A stretch of 64,000 nucleotides of DNA from Candidatus Yanofskybacteria bacterium (GCA_020847715.1 JADLBM010000007.1:8624-72623); one strand, 5' to 3'; shown: positions 35,772 to 46,488, numbered from the stretch's first letter. Translations and numbers: made by a program. The notes: a model not told the origin generated them from the sequence alone.

Positions 35772-36085
35772 AGTGGCTCCTCCCGCTCAGCATCCTCATA
35801 CTCTTTGAGCTGATTGCTGATATTGTGGCGAAGAAGTGGTCGCTTGTTGGCGGCTCGCTCCTTGCGGCCGGTGCACTTGCGGCATACCTGGCGGCAAATA
35901 CATTCTGGCTGTTTGCACTTCACAACGGTTCCGGCTTGGGCCGTGGGGCCGTCATCTTTTCGGTCGTATCTGCACTCCTTGCAGTAGTGATTGGCGTCGG
36001 TATGTACAACGAATCCATTACTCGCATGCAGACCATCGGATTCGTCTTCGGCATCGCATCTCTCGTGCTCATCTTTTGGGAGTAG
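35768..36085 (+). CDS. Small 4-TM SMR/DMT-like membrane protein
   Basis: 105 aa, Glu in TM1, four hydrophobic helices. Confidence 0.7.
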   Translation: MKWLLPLSILILFELIADIVAKKWSLVGGSLLAAGALAAYLAANTFWLFALHNGSGLGRGAVIFSVVSALLAVVIGVGMYNESITRMQTIGFVFGIASLVLIFWE

Positions 36086-36103
36086 CGATGGTATAATCCT
36101 GCT

Positions 36104-36916
36104 ATGCCAACCCGAACACAGATCGTCTGCACTATCGGTCCCGCCTCGAAGGAACCCGCCGTACTCGATGCGCTCATCGCGCACGGGATGGATGTGGCAC
36201 GGCTGAACTTCAGCCACGGCACCCACGACGAGCACCGCGTACTCATCGAGAACATCCGCGCCGCTGCGCAGCGTGCCGGACGCGTCATCCCCATCATCCA
36301 AGACCTCTCCGGCCCTCGCGTGCAGACCGGTAGCGAGCATCACATGGACCCGAACGCGGTACAGGTTATCACAGAGAAAGACCTCACTGACCTCGACTTC
36401 GGTCTCTCGCAGTGGGTTGAGTATGTATGCCTTTCGTTCGTCGGCTCCGCGAAAGACGTAAACGACCTACGTGCCGAAATTGCCAAACGAAACGGTGGCG
36501 TTCCTGCCGAAAAAGGGTTGCCGAAGGTGATGGCCAAGGTCGAGCGAAAAGAAGCGCTCGAGAACATCGAAGAGATTATCACGGCAAGCGATGCCATTAT
36601 GCTCGGACGCGGCGACCTCGGACAGAACATTCCGCTCGAGCAGGTGCCGTTCGCTGAGGCGCTCGTCGTGCACCACTGTAAAGAGCATCGCACCCCCGTC
36701 ATTGTCGCGACTGAAATGCTCAAGAGCATGGTAGAGAATCCCGAGCCGACCCGCGCCGAGATTACCGACATTGCCTACGCCATTATTCTCGGCGCCGACG
36801 CGGTGATGCTCTCCGAAGAAACAGCCCGCGGGAAATACCCTGTCGAGGCCGTTACCTACATGGAACGCGTCTGCACAGAGGCCGAGAAGTACGAGCGCGA
36901 CGTGAACGCGCTCTAA
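36104..36916 (+). CDS. pyk: Pyruvate kinase (minimal, barrel domain only)
   Basis: IVCTIGPAS, RLNFSHG, AKVE, RGDL, PTRAE, MLSEETA. Confidence 0.93.
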   Translation: MPTRTQIVCTIGPASKEPAVLDALIAHGMDVARLNFSHGTHDEHRVLIENIRAAAQRAGRVIPIIQDLSGPRVQTGSEHHMDPNAVQVITEKDLTDLDFGLSQWVEYVCLSFVGSAKDVNDLRAEIAKRNGGVPAEKGLPKVMAKVERKEALENIEEIITASDAIMLGRGDLGQNIPLEQVPFAEALVVHHCKEHRTPVIVATEMLKSMVENPEPTRAEITDIAYAIILGADAVMLSEETARGKYPVEAVTYMERVCTEAEKYERDVNAL

Positions 36917-36946
36917 GAAAAAGCCCCCGACAGGGTCGAAGGCATG

Positions 36947-37453
36947 TTACTCTGAGATGTCCGTCCGTTCATGGAGGCGCTTGATGCGCTCGTTCGTGCC
37001 GGTAGCGTCGGTACTGTACCGCCAGTCCCAGCTGATGGCTCGGAGCTGGCACAGTCCGCGGAGAACCGCGCGCCTTCCCACCCACTTCGCCGCCTGAACA
37101 TCGGCAGGATGCTCACAGGCAATCTCGTCGGCAAGCGTCGCGTACTGCCCCAGACCGCACGCTCGCTGAGGATGCGCAAGCTCATGAGCGAACATGCCTT
37201 CGAGCGCTTCGCGATCCATCTCCTCCAAGAGAATCGGGCTCACGATGATGGCAACAATGTTGTCTCGAACTCGCGTCCTCGTGTCCACGATGCCCCGTGC
37301 TCTCCACGCCGGTGCCACCGCAACAACGACGCGGTATTCCAGTCCGTATGACCGCGCCTGCGCCTGCACCCGCTCGGTGAGCGCGGTGTCGATGTGGTAC
37401 AGCTCGTTCACTCCGGCAAGCGCAAGTACGACTGCAAGCAGTGCGTGCCCCAT
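36947..37453 (-). CDS. Secreted M48/M56-like Zn metallopeptidase
   Basis: FAHELAH...CEHPAD; signal peptide. Confidence 0.75.
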   Translation of the reverse strand: MGHALLAVVLALAGVNELYHIDTALTERVQAQARSYGLEYRVVVAVAPAWRARGIVDTRTRVRDNIVAIIVSPILLEEMDREALEGMFAHELAHPQRACGLGQYATLADEIACEHPADVQAAKWVGRRAVLRGLCQLRAISWDWRYSTDATGTNERIKRLHERTDISE

Positions 37454-37455
37454 GA

Positions 37456-38010
37456 TTACCTCCGGCGATGTAACCGCGGCAGGCGCTCATCGATGAGCCG
37501 GCGGCGAATCTCGGCAAGCGCCTGCGCTGCCATGTGGAGATGCATCCGATGATACGCAATCAGCGCCGCCTCCACCGCAGCCGGACCCGCATAGCGGGCG
37601 GCCTCATGGTCCACAGCGGACTCGCACGAGATGTACTCCTCCAAGCTTCCGAGGCTCTGACAGGTTACTCCGAGCCCCATGTGGGCAACCTCGTGTGCCA
37701 CAAGGCCACTGAGCGCGAGCTCGCTGAACGTCGAGGCCTCGAACTCTTCGCTGTAGATAGCCACCACGCCGACACCCTTGATGGGATCGGTCGCGAACAC
37801 GGGCGAGAAGCGTCCTTCGGGCTGCCGACAGCGTACGAGCCGCTCGGTGACGCCAGCCGTTGCGAAGTGCTTCGCGAAGAGTCGCTCGACACGATTGGCC
37901 GGATCGGACTCCTGAACAACACACGGAGGGCTCCAGAAGTACTGCGCGCCGGGTTTCATCGCTTCTGCCGGTGTGATCTGCAGGAGTAGGACGGCAATGA
38001 GTCCGAACAT
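37456..38010 (-). CDS. Secreted M48/M56-like Zn metallopeptidase (paralog)
   Basis: VAHEVAH...CESAVD; signal peptide; SD AAGGAGG. Confidence 0.75.
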   Translation of the reverse strand: MFGLIAVLLLQITPAEAMKPGAQYFWSPPCVVQESDPANRVERLFAKHFATAGVTERLVRCRQPEGRFSPVFATDPIKGVGVVAIYSEEFEASTFSELALSGLVAHEVAHMGLGVTCQSLGSLEEYISCESAVDHEAARYAGPAAVEAALIAYHRMHLHMAAQALAEIRRRLIDERLPRLHRRR

Positions 38011-38076
38011 GGCTCCTCCTTGTACGAGAGCTATCGCTGTGATATCTTACAAATAGAATCTTGTCAAGGAGCGCCC

Positions 38077-38286
38077 GTGACCAACGATCCGTCGATTCAG
38101 AATATCCTCAACCTCGTTCCGTTGCCTGCGCACTGCGTGCATCGATGTCAGTGCAGCTGCCACAACGATCCAAGCGCCCGCCACATCATGGCGTGTTGCA
38201 CCGGTTGCGGCCATGGCCACTCGCAGATTATGGAGGCGTTCATGGAAGCGCACCTCCACGCCTGCCACACGATTAGAAAATCGTAG
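38077..38286 (+). CDS. Small Cys/His-rich protein
   Basis: GTG after AAGGAG; HCVHRCQCSCH...CCTGCGHGH; terminator follows. Confidence 0.55.
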   Translation: MTNDPSIQNILNLVPLPAHCVHRCQCSCHNDPSARHIMACCTGCGHGHSQIMEAFMEAHLHACHTIRKS

Positions 38287-38399
38287 CTCCCCGCCCACGC
38301 TTGCCGTGGGCTTTTTTGTATGATATAAAATCACCGGTTCGTTTCACCAGAGTTTTCACCGACACACCTGCCGCACCCGCTAGAACAAAGGAGACACAC

Positions 38400-39038
38400 A
38401 TGAGCGCCAGCGAACGACTCGCCCAGGAAGACCGAATCCTGCGCGAGATCCGCCTGTCCCTCTCAACGTTCCGCACCATGCGGCAAGACAAACCCCACCG
38501 CAAGGGAGTTGTCTATGCCAGCGCACCGATCACATCGGGCTTTAGGCTCTATGAAGAAGCAAGGGCGCATGGATTCATCGATGCTGGCGAGTTTCGCCGA
38601 GCAATGAACCCCCTCTTCCGAGAGCGGGTATTTCTCCCGAACCTCGCCGAAGGAATTCGCTTCGGAGGCGAACTCCGTGAACTCGGCTGGCGCCAGGTCA
38701 TCGTGCCTGGCCAGTTCTTCGCAGAAGGATGGACTCAAGAGCACTACATGTCGCTCTGGCGCCAAGTCATCGTGCGCCACACGCGAACGGTCGCATTCGC
38801 GGACGACTGGGCGTGGTCGCTCGGGTGCTCCGAAGAGTTCATCATCGCTCTCCAGCACGAGAAGCAAGCGCTGACCCAAAACGGAAAGCTGCTTCCTTGG
38901 AAAGCCGGCCTGGACGCAATGCGTCCGGCAATGGACGCCATCGACGGCTACGGCTTCGACGTGAAGAAGCACTACGAGCTCTGGCGCCAAGCCACACTCA
39001 CGCTCGAAGCTCTCCAAGAAGAGCGAAAGATTTCCTGA
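38400..39038 (+). CDS. Nucleoside 2-deoxyribosyltransferase-like / DUF4406-like protein
   Basis: VYASAPITSG, W..EHYM..W, DDWAWSLGCSEE; SD AAGGAG. Confidence 0.55.
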   Translation: MSASERLAQEDRILREIRLSLSTFRTMRQDKPHRKGVVYASAPITSGFRLYEEARAHGFIDAGEFRRAMNPLFRERVFLPNLAEGIRFGGELRELGWRQVIVPGQFFAEGWTQEHYMSLWRQVIVRHTRTVAFADDWAWSLGCSEEFIIALQHEKQALTQNGKLLPWKAGLDAMRPAMDAIDGYGFDVKKHYELWRQATLTLEALQEERKIS

Positions 39039-39123
39039 GCATCCACCCCCGGACACTGTCCGGGGGTTTTCATGTACTGGAATCAAAAAGCCCCTCTGCG
39101 AATACAGGGGGCTGCCTCACTTT

Positions 39124-39447
39124 CTAATCGGGACACGGGAGCATGGCGATGATACCTTCAAGCGCCTCGCGATGCGTGACTGCTCGGTGTGCGCAGACAA
39201 GTCGCTCCGCCCCGACATGATGCACCAGCCGATCGCGCTCGGCGATGGCGAATGCACGGTAGACGATGGCGGTCTGCTCATCGGGGGCCAGCGTCATCTC
39301 CCGTGTCTGCCCAAAGATCTCGTAGAGGAGATGGAACTTGCCGATGGTACGACCCCACTGGCGCGTCATCTGGGGATTTCGAAGGAACGCATGCACCATC
39401 GCACAACAGGCGACCTCACTGAACACGACCTGTCGCTTCGTCATCAT
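39124..39447 (-). CDS. Hypothetical protein
   Basis: ATG after GGAGG; avoids overlap with the divergent gene. Confidence 0.5.
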   Translation of the reverse strand: MMTKRQVVFSEVACCAMVHAFLRNPQMTRQWGRTIGKFHLLYEIFGQTREMTLAPDEQTAIVYRAFAIAERDRLVHHVGAERLVCAHRAVTHREALEGIIAMLPCPD

Positions 39448-39547
39448 GAGTCCTCCCTGCTCGAGAGCTAGGCGCATTTCAGCACAGCGGCTCGCCATTG
39501 TCCACCAGACGTCTTGTGATGCACGCATTGCCCCGTATACTACAGGT

Positions 39548-40624
39548 ATGAAAAAACTCTTCCTCATGGGGCTCATGCTCGGCATCGCCGGCATCGTGAC
39601 CATCGCGGCACGCCCTGCCGCAGCCGTTCCGCCTGCAACGGTCGATATCTTTGGCGCACCGCTCCATGACGGCGACCTCATCTCAGCAAACCAGAGCGCC
39701 GGAGACCCCGACATCTTCATTATCAAATTCAAAGGATTCACGGGCTACGCGACACCGGGCGCTGACTACGGCGACTACAACGGCTTCAAGCGCCTCTTCC
39801 TCAATCCCGCCATCTTCAGTATGTACGGCCACCTTGGCGGCTATGCTCGCGTCCGTCAGGTTACCGCCGCAGTCCGTGATTCATTTGTGACCTCCGGCAT
39901 TTTCCGCAACTGCGAGACGAACGATCAGACGGTATGGGCCACCGAAGTGACCGGCGAAGACAGCGGTGTCCTCCACCATGTCCAGATGACCGGCGAGCAG
40001 GCCACCGCAGAAGATGCACGATTCTTCGATAAGGTATTCTGCATCAACTCACGCGAGGATAACTACTACGCAAAGAGCATCACGCCGTACACCCGCATCG
40101 CCGACATTCCGCAGTACTTCCGCCGTGCATGCCAAGTCCGCCCCGCGTGCCTTGATACGAAGCCGTCGTGCAGCATTCCGGAACCCGTTGAAGGATGGTG
40201 CCCCGTCACCACACCAACTCCCCCTCCTGGCTGCTACTACCAGCAGGTGCAGTGTATACAGGCCCCCTGCAATCCAGTCCTCGTTTGCCCCACTCCAATC
40301 CCAACTCCGACGATTACCAGCGTCACCATTCCGACGCTCACCTCCTATCAGTCGTCGGCAACGGTAACCCTGTCGGGATACCTCCCGAATCCCTGCTATA
40401 CCCTCAACCCCGTAACGGTAACCCGCAGCGGACACGTATTCGACATCAGCCTCACAATGGTGAGCACGCTCGGCCCCACCGACGGAGCATGCATCCAAAC
40501 CATCAGCACCTTCACGACAGGAGCGGTGCTCGACCTCGCCTCCGCCCCCGTTGGCCAGAACGATGTACGCGTGAACGGTGTTCTCAAGGGTAGTATCTAC
40601 CGCCACGGCATCCCGACCTACTAG
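39548..40624 (+). CDS. Secreted protein with Cys-rich and Pro/Thr linker modules
   Basis: Signal peptide; KRLFLNP..F..YGHLGG; CYYQQVQCIQAPC; GYLPNPC. Confidence 0.75.
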   Translation: MKKLFLMGLMLGIAGIVTIAARPAAAVPPATVDIFGAPLHDGDLISANQSAGDPDIFIIKFKGFTGYATPGADYGDYNGFKRLFLNPAIFSMYGHLGGYARVRQVTAAVRDSFVTSGIFRNCETNDQTVWATEVTGEDSGVLHHVQMTGEQATAEDARFFDKVFCINSREDNYYAKSITPYTRIADIPQYFRRACQVRPACLDTKPSCSIPEPVEGWCPVTTPTPPPGCYYQQVQCIQAPCNPVLVCPTPIPTPTITSVTIPTLTSYQSSATVTLSGYLPNPCYTLNPVTVTRSGHVFDISLTMVSTLGPTDGACIQTISTFTTGAVLDLASAPVGQNDVRVNGVLKGSIYRHGIPTY

Positions 40625-40663
40625 TACCAAAAAACCGCTGCCCTTTGGGGCGGCGGTTTTTTG

Positions 40664-42514
40664 TTACTGCTGAGAGCCTTCGTCGATGGCCTTGCGACGA
40701 GCGCGGTCGCGGTCAACCTTCGTGAGGAACCGCTTTCGGAATCGAATATCCTTCGGGGTCACCTCGAGGAGTTCGTCATCTTCAATCCAGTCGAGTGCCT
40801 GCTCCAGCGACATGAGAATTGGCGGGGCGAGGATGGTAATGCCATCGCTCCCCTTTGAGCGCATGTTGGAGAGCGCCTTTCCTTTGGCGACATTAATCTC
40901 CATATCCTCGCGGCGCGCGTTCTGCCCAATAATGCGACCTTCGTAGACCTCAGTCCCAGGGCCGATAAAGGTCACCCCGCGACCCTGTGCGATATCAAGG
41001 CCAAACGCGACTGCGGTTCCCGACTCGGAAGCGATGAGCGCGCCCGTGCGCTCACGCGGCGGCAGATCCCAGAGCGGTTCATGCTTCAGGTAGATACTGT
41101 TGATGACCACCGTCCCCTTCGTTGCGGTCATCAGAATGCTTCGCAATCCGAGGAACGCGCGCGTCGGCATGTGCCACACGAGACGACTGTAGCCGTTGCC
41201 GTGGTTAATGAGGTCGGTCATCTGCGCCTTCCGCTTTCCGAACTCGGTCGTCACCGCTCCCACGTACTCTTCAGGAACATCCACCGTGACTTCTTCAATC
41301 GGCTCCGTTTTCTGTCCGCCGTCGTCGCGGAAAATAACTTCCGGCTTCGAAATTTCCATTTCAAAACCCTCACGGCGAAGTGTTTCAATGAATACCGAGA
41401 GGTGCAACTCGCCGCGACCGGCAAGAGCGTAGCGCCCGTCACCTGTCGGGGAAACACGGAATCCAATGTTGGTCTCCAGCTCGCGCTCGAGGCGCTCGCC
41501 AATCTGACGACCCGTCAGCAGCGTGCCTTCGCGCCCGACAAACGGTGATGTGTTCGGTCCGATAGTAATACGGAGTGTCGGCTCCTCAACGCGAATCGTC
41601 GGGAGCGCTTCGGGCACAGCGATGTCCGCAATCGTGTCACCGATATGGGCATCGGTCGCGCCGGTGACCGCAACGATATCCCCCGCCTCTGCCCGCTGCA
41701 CCTCGGAACGGCGGAGTCCGTCGTAGACGAATACCTTATCAATACGACCGGTCGCCTGCTTCCCGTCGGGATGCACGATAGCAACTGCGGCACCAGGAAC
41801 CGCCGCACCTCGAACGAGCTTTCCGATAGCATACCGACCCTGATAGTTGTCGCGGTCCAACGCCGCGACGAGCAGCTGCAGCGTACCGTTCACATCGCCC
41901 TGCGGCGCGGGAACATACGAGAGAATGGTATCAAATATAGGCCGCAAGTCGCCGGGAGCTTCCATTTCCTCCGATGTCGGAAGATGGTCCCACGCCTTCC
42001 CTTGGCGCCCGATAGCGTACATGACCGGAAACTCAAGGTGATGCTCCTCCTGCGCAAGCTGAAGGAAAAGATTCGTCGTCTCATCGATGGTGCGCTTGAT
42101 CTGCGCCCCCGGCTTGTCAATCTTGTTCACCAGCACGATGACCCGCAATCCAAGGTCGAGCGCCTTCTTGAGCACGAACTTCGTTTGCGGCATTGGGCCT
42201 TCCTGAGCGTCTACCAGAAGGATGGCGCCGTCGGCCATGTTGAGTGTGCGCTCCACCTCTCCGCCAAAGTCGGCGTGCCCTGGCGTGTCTACGATATTAA
42301 TCTTCGCCCCTTTGTAGTGAACCGCGGTGTTCTTCGCAAGAATGGTGATGCCACGCTCCCGCTCCTGATCATTGGAGTCCATGATGAGGTCTTGCCCCAA
42401 TTCCTGCGCTTTCTCATGGAATGTGCCCGATTGCTTCAGCAAAAAGTCCACAAGCGTGGTTTTGCCGTGGTCAACGTGAGCAATAATGGCGATATTCCGG
42501 ATATCTTGAGGCAT
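40664..42514 (-). CDS. typA: Translational GTPase TypA/BipA
   Basis: [39 protein letters not shown]. Confidence 0.98.
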   Translation of the reverse strand: MPQDIRNIAIIAHVDHGKTTLVDFLLKQSGTFHEKAQELGQDLIMDSNDQERERGITILAKNTAVHYKGAKINIVDTPGHADFGGEVERTLNMADGAILLVDAQEGPMPQTKFVLKKALDLGLRVIVLVNKIDKPGAQIKRTIDETTNLFLQLAQEEHHLEFPVMYAIGRQGKAWDHLPTSEEMEAPGDLRPIFDTILSYVPAPQGDVNGTLQLLVAALDRDNYQGRYAIGKLVRGAAVPGAAVAIVHPDGKQATGRIDKVFVYDGLRRSEVQRAEAGDIVAVTGATDAHIGDTIADIAVPEALPTIRVEEPTLRITIGPNTSPFVGREGTLLTGRQIGERLERELETNIGFRVSPTGDGRYALAGRGELHLSVFIETLRREGFEMEISKPEVIFRDDGGQKTEPIEEVTVDVPEEYVGAVTTEFGKRKAQMTDLINHGNGYSRLVWHMPTRAFLGLRSILMTATKGTVVINSIYLKHEPLWDLPPRERTGALIASESGTAVAFGLDIAQGRGVTFIGPGTEVYEGRIIGQNARREDMEINVAKGKALSNMRSKGSDGITILAPPILMSLEQALDWIEDDELLEVTPKDIRFRKRFLTKVDRDRARRKAIDEGSQQ

Positions 42515-42601
42515 AGTCGTAGGGGAGAAACGTCAGCGCATTATATCAGAGATTACACTGTCGTGCAATGACATATTGACCTTTGATTATTTTATTGTAT
42601 T

Positions 42602-43012
42602 ATGTTGTCAGTTCTTCCCACGGAGGTGCCTACGCTCACTCGATTCTCTGCGCTCGTCCTCTCTCGACTCAGGGAGCTCACAAACACGGAGCTCACCGCG
42701 TGGGCGCTGCTTGTCTCCTGCCTTGTGAGCTTCCGCATTCCAGTCGCCGGCAGCGTCCTCGGATGCATCGTGGTCGGCTGGCTCCTCGGGCAGGCTCAGG
42801 TCAAGCCACCTGCCGCCATTCCGGCTCTCTGGGGCGCAGTCATCGGTGGAGCGCTCCCCCAGACCCTCACCCTCGGTATCACCGACCGGAAGTGGGGCAT
42901 GCTCCTCGCCATGATCATCCTGTCCGCATACGCCGGCGTCTTTCGCTGGCTCTCGACGCTCACCTACCACGAAGAGCTCGAGCGTCGCTCCTGTTCACGG
43001 AGGAACTCATGA
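42602..43012 (+). CDS. Hypothetical membrane protein
   Basis: Several hydrophobic helices; start uncertain. Confidence 0.5.
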   Translation: MLSVLPTEVPTLTRFSALVLSRLRELTNTELTAWALLVSCLVSFRIPVAGSVLGCIVVGWLLGQAQVKPPAAIPALWGAVIGGALPQTLTLGITDRKWGMLLAMIILSAYAGVFRWLSTLTYHEELERRSCSRRNS

Positions 43013-43314
43013 AGAACGCAGCTCGCATCGTCGTCGGCGTAGGACTTGCGGTACTCGGAACGCAGGCCTTCAACTTCGTCGGAGCCCTCATCGCAGGGTT
43101 CATCCTCGGAGCGATCGCATCATTCCAGAACAATCGGAATGCGGCGCTCGTTCTACTGGGATCTGGCATCGCAGGAACCGCCGCGTTCCCGCCGGATTTC
43201 CTGACGCTCTTGTTTGGCCAGGGATTCGGGGTCGGGGTCGCCCTTCTGGGATTCACCATCTTCGCCGTCATCGCATTCATCGCCACAGAAACCATTCGGA
43301 GTCTCTGGCCATGA
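43009..43314 (+). CDS. Hypothetical membrane protein
   Basis: SD GGAGG, ATGA overlap, 3-4 TM. Confidence 0.6.
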   Translation: MKNAARIVVGVGLAVLGTQAFNFVGALIAGFILGAIASFQNNRNAALVLLGSGIAGTAAFPPDFLTLLFGQGFGVGVALLGFTIFAVIAFIATETIRSLWP

Positions 43315-43355
43315 ACCCTCTGCGGGCTTCTTCGGAAGCCCGCGTTTTTGTATAC

Positions 43356-45005
43356 CTAGTCAGTGCGAATATGGGCGAGCGCCCATGCACGATCAACATC
43401 TATCTTCTTGCCTGGATTGAAGATGCCCTTCGGGTCGAACAGCTGTTTCACCTGCCGGAACAGGTCGTACATCTTCGGTCCAAACTGCTTCCGCACCCAT
43501 GGACCACGAATAAGCCCGTCATTATGCTCTGCGGTAATTGAGCCGTGGTACTCGAGCACCAAGTCGTACACCTTCTCCGAGAGCTCTTCGATAACCTCTT
43601 TTGTCCGCGGAGCGGCAAGGTCCATGAGCGGGATGATGTGGAAGTTCCCGTTCCCTGCATGGCCTTGGATTGTCAGTGTTAGTCGGTATGGCTCAAGGAG
43701 TGGGTAGAGTTTTCCCAGAAACTCCGACACGAGCTCGACAGGCACGACGATGTCGTCGATGAATGGCACAGTCCGCTTCCCCGTCGTGTGGTGTCGAATG
43801 ACATTGAACGCCTGCCGACGAATGGTCCAGTACTTATGACTCTCCTCGGGACCGCTGGTCATACGCGCCTTGAGGTTGCGGCTCTTCAGTGCAGCAAGCG
43901 CAGCTTCGGCGCGCTTCGCCACCTCGCTCTCCACATCACCGGCAAATTCGGCCATTAAGACCAGCTTCGGCAATCCGCCGGTGAGCGTCATCCACGCTTC
44001 GGGGAGGAACTGGAGCCCCAACGAGACAATGTTCGACGCTCCCATGATGCGCACGAAATCCGGCAGGAATCGAACCGTAAATGAGAGCGTCTTGTCGTCG
44101 AACGATTCAAGAGACTCTGGCTCGAACGCAAGCAGGTCCTCCACCACCGTCGCAAGATACGGCAGGTCGCGTAAGAATGCGATAACCATACGCCGGTACT
44201 GTGGCGGCCGGATAAGTCCAAGAGTCGCCTGCGTTACAACGCCCAATGTTCCCTGCGAGCCGACCATCAGCTTTGTGAGATCGAAGGTCGTTCCGTCCCA
44301 CACGCGCCAAAGGTTGTATCCCGACGCGTTCTTACTGACCCTCGGATGATAGCGCTCAAGAAACTCCCGATGCTCGGTAACCAATTTCCACATCGCGCGG
44401 TAGAGATCCCCCTCGAACCCGACGCGACTCATTTTGTACTGCACACCACCGAAATCGAGCGGCTCGAATATGTATTCATTCCCGTCGGCGAGCACTGCAC
44501 GACATTGCCGCACCCAATCAACCGCCTGCCCGTACCGGAGCGTTCGTTCCCCAGCGGAATTGTTGGCAACCATGCCGCCGAGCGTACAAAGGTCGCGAGA
44601 CGCGGGATACACAGGATACTGCAGACCGCGCGCGAGTGTGGCGCGTTCGAAATCCCGATAGTACATCCCCGGCTGCACAATTGCGCTCCCGTCGTGGCCT
44701 CGGACCGCTTCATCACGGTTCACATCGAGCAGCCGGTTCAGGTGCCGCGTCATATCAAGAATGACTGACTCGCCGACCGCTCCTCCCGACATATCAGTAC
44801 CGGCACCCCTCGCTACCAGCGACACGCCACGATGCTCCGTCGCATAGCGCACCAGCGCACCGATGTCCTCGACACTCGTGGGAGCAACAACGACCTGCGG
44901 GCGCACTTCGAAAATGCTCGCATCGTGGCTGAACGCAGCCCGCGTAGCATCGGTGTCATCCACATCACCGCAACGAAGCCCTCGGAGATCGTCGGCGAGA
45001 CTCAT
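43356..45005 (-). CDS. FAD-binding oxidoreductase (GlcD/D-lactate dehydrogenase family)
   Basis: RGAGT, GGMVANN, GSQGTLG, GHAGNGNFH, EHNDG, IFNPGK. Confidence 0.92.
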   Translation of the reverse strand: MSLADDLRGLRCGDVDDTDATRAAFSHDASIFEVRPQVVVAPTSVEDIGALVRYATEHRGVSLVARGAGTDMSGGAVGESVILDMTRHLNRLLDVNRDEAVRGHDGSAIVQPGMYYRDFERATLARGLQYPVYPASRDLCTLGGMVANNSAGERTLRYGQAVDWVRQCRAVLADGNEYIFEPLDFGGVQYKMSRVGFEGDLYRAMWKLVTEHREFLERYHPRVSKNASGYNLWRVWDGTTFDLTKLMVGSQGTLGVVTQATLGLIRPPQYRRMVIAFLRDLPYLATVVEDLLAFEPESLESFDDKTLSFTVRFLPDFVRIMGASNIVSLGLQFLPEAWMTLTGGLPKLVLMAEFAGDVESEVAKRAEAALAALKSRNLKARMTSGPEESHKYWTIRRQAFNVIRHHTTGKRTVPFIDDIVVPVELVSEFLGKLYPLLEPYRLTLTIQGHAGNGNFHIIPLMDLAAPRTKEVIEELSEKVYDLVLEYHGSITAEHNDGLIRGPWVRKQFGPKMYDLFRQVKQLFDPKGIFNPGKKIDVDRAWALAHIRTD

Positions 45006-45025
45006 ACCGACATTGTATCATGCAC

Positions 45026-45793
45026 CTAGAAGAGGAGGCGCCAGAATGCCACCGCAGCGATGAGGCGATAGACGCCAAACAAAGTGAAATCGTGCGTCCT
45101 CACAAATCGAAGGAGCCAGCGAATCGCAATGACCGCAACAACCCACGACACAACGAAGCCGACCGCAAGCAAACCGAACTGACTCTGCGTGAAGAGACTC
45201 GCAGAGCTGATGAGCTCCAAGCCGGTCGCCGCCGCCATGGTGGGGAGTGCGAGAAGGAACGAGAATTCAATGATGGCCCGCCGCGACATTCCCAGCATGA
45301 GGCCTCCACAAATGGTCGCCGCCGCCCGAGAAACCCCAGGAATCATCGCGACGGATTGCGAAAGTCCGACCAATAGCGCCGTACGATATGGCATCGTCGA
45401 GAGGTCTTCGTGGGCATCTGCCGGCTCAGCATACCAGCGTTCGAACACGATAAGGAGAACGCCCCCAAGGCCAAGCGACCAGAGCGTAACCGCCGGAGCC
45501 GCAAGGAGGCGCTTCACGAACGGATACAATGTGAGTCCAAGAACTCCTGTCGGAATAAATGCCACAATGACACGACTCAGTAGCTTGCGGCTCCGAAGCA
45601 GTGACGCTCCATAGAGCGTGAGCACCGCGAGAATCGCTCCCAGCTGAATGGCGATATCGAATGTGCGGAGAAAGTCACCGCTCGGGAGATTGAGTAAGCG
45701 ACCGGCAACGACCAGATGCCCAGTCGATGAGATTGGCAGAAATTCGGTAACACCTTCGATGATGCCGAGAATAATTGCGTGGAAATAATTCAT
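45026..45793 (-). CDS. uppP: Undecaprenyl-diphosphate phosphatase
   Basis: EGVTEFLPISSTGH, IQLGAILAV, PGVSRA, FSFLL. Confidence 0.97.
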   Translation of the reverse strand: MNYFHAIILGIIEGVTEFLPISSTGHLVVAGRLLNLPSGDFLRTFDIAIQLGAILAVLTLYGASLLRSRKLLSRVIVAFIPTGVLGLTLYPFVKRLLAAPAVTLWSLGLGGVLLIVFERWYAEPADAHEDLSTMPYRTALLVGLSQSVAMIPGVSRAAATICGGLMLGMSRRAIIEFSFLLALPTMAAATGLELISSASLFTQSQFGLLAVGFVVSWVVAVIAIRWLLRFVRTHDFTLFGVYRLIAAVAFWRLLF

Positions 45794-45802
45794 GACGAAA
45801 CG

Positions 45803-46429
45803 TTACGAGAACAACCCCCGCTGATCCGGTTCGCGCGGCGGAACTCCGAACGGAACCGTATATGCGGAAAACTCGTCAAACAGTATCCGCCCATGGACAA
45901 GGCGAGAGAATGCTTCGGCCTCCATCTTCGCCCCCACCAACCCGTGGTGCGGCTTCGGCTCAGCCGGTAGTCCAGTGTACTGCAAGATAGCATCGCAGGA
46001 GAGGTCGCTCCGCCCCGCACGCGTAGGAACTACCGCTCCGGAGGACTTCATGTGCATCCACCCCATCGAATGCAGGTCGAGAACCCGATTCCCAAAATGC
46101 CATGCGAGATTATAGCGATCAGCACTTGCCTGCAAAAAATCCCTGTCGAACGCGGTATTATGACCGCCGAGCGTACGATTCTCTGCATCCCGACACCATC
46201 CGATAAACTGCCCAATGACCTCCTCAAGGGTTGGCTTTGCAGAATCGGTCACCTGCTCAATAGTGAATCCGTTCACCGCAAGCGCCTGCGGCTGCACCTG
46301 CGCCCCCTCGAAGATGCGACATTCGCGATAGAACTGCCGCTCCGGTCGTCCGAAATCAACTGCACCAATGGATACGATGGCGTGCAGTGCAGGATCGGTT
46401 CCGGTTGTTTCAACATCAACGACGATCAT
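45803..46429 (-). CDS. DEDDh 3'-5' exonuclease
   Basis: VDVETTG, GHNTAFD, HHGL. Confidence 0.88.
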   Translation of the reverse strand: MIVVDVETTGTDPALHAIVSIGAVDFGRPERQFYRECRIFEGAQVQPQALAVNGFTIEQVTDSAKPTLEEVIGQFIGWCRDAENRTLGGHNTAFDRDFLQASADRYNLAWHFGNRVLDLHSMGWMHMKSSGAVVPTRAGRSDLSCDAILQYTGLPAEPKPHHGLVGAKMEAEAFSRLVHGRILFDEFSAYTVPFGVPPREPDQRGLFS

Positions 46430-46488
46430 ACTCGAGGACGGCCGACCCGCGAGGATCGGCCGTCCGCGCTACCACGACAGATATACTC

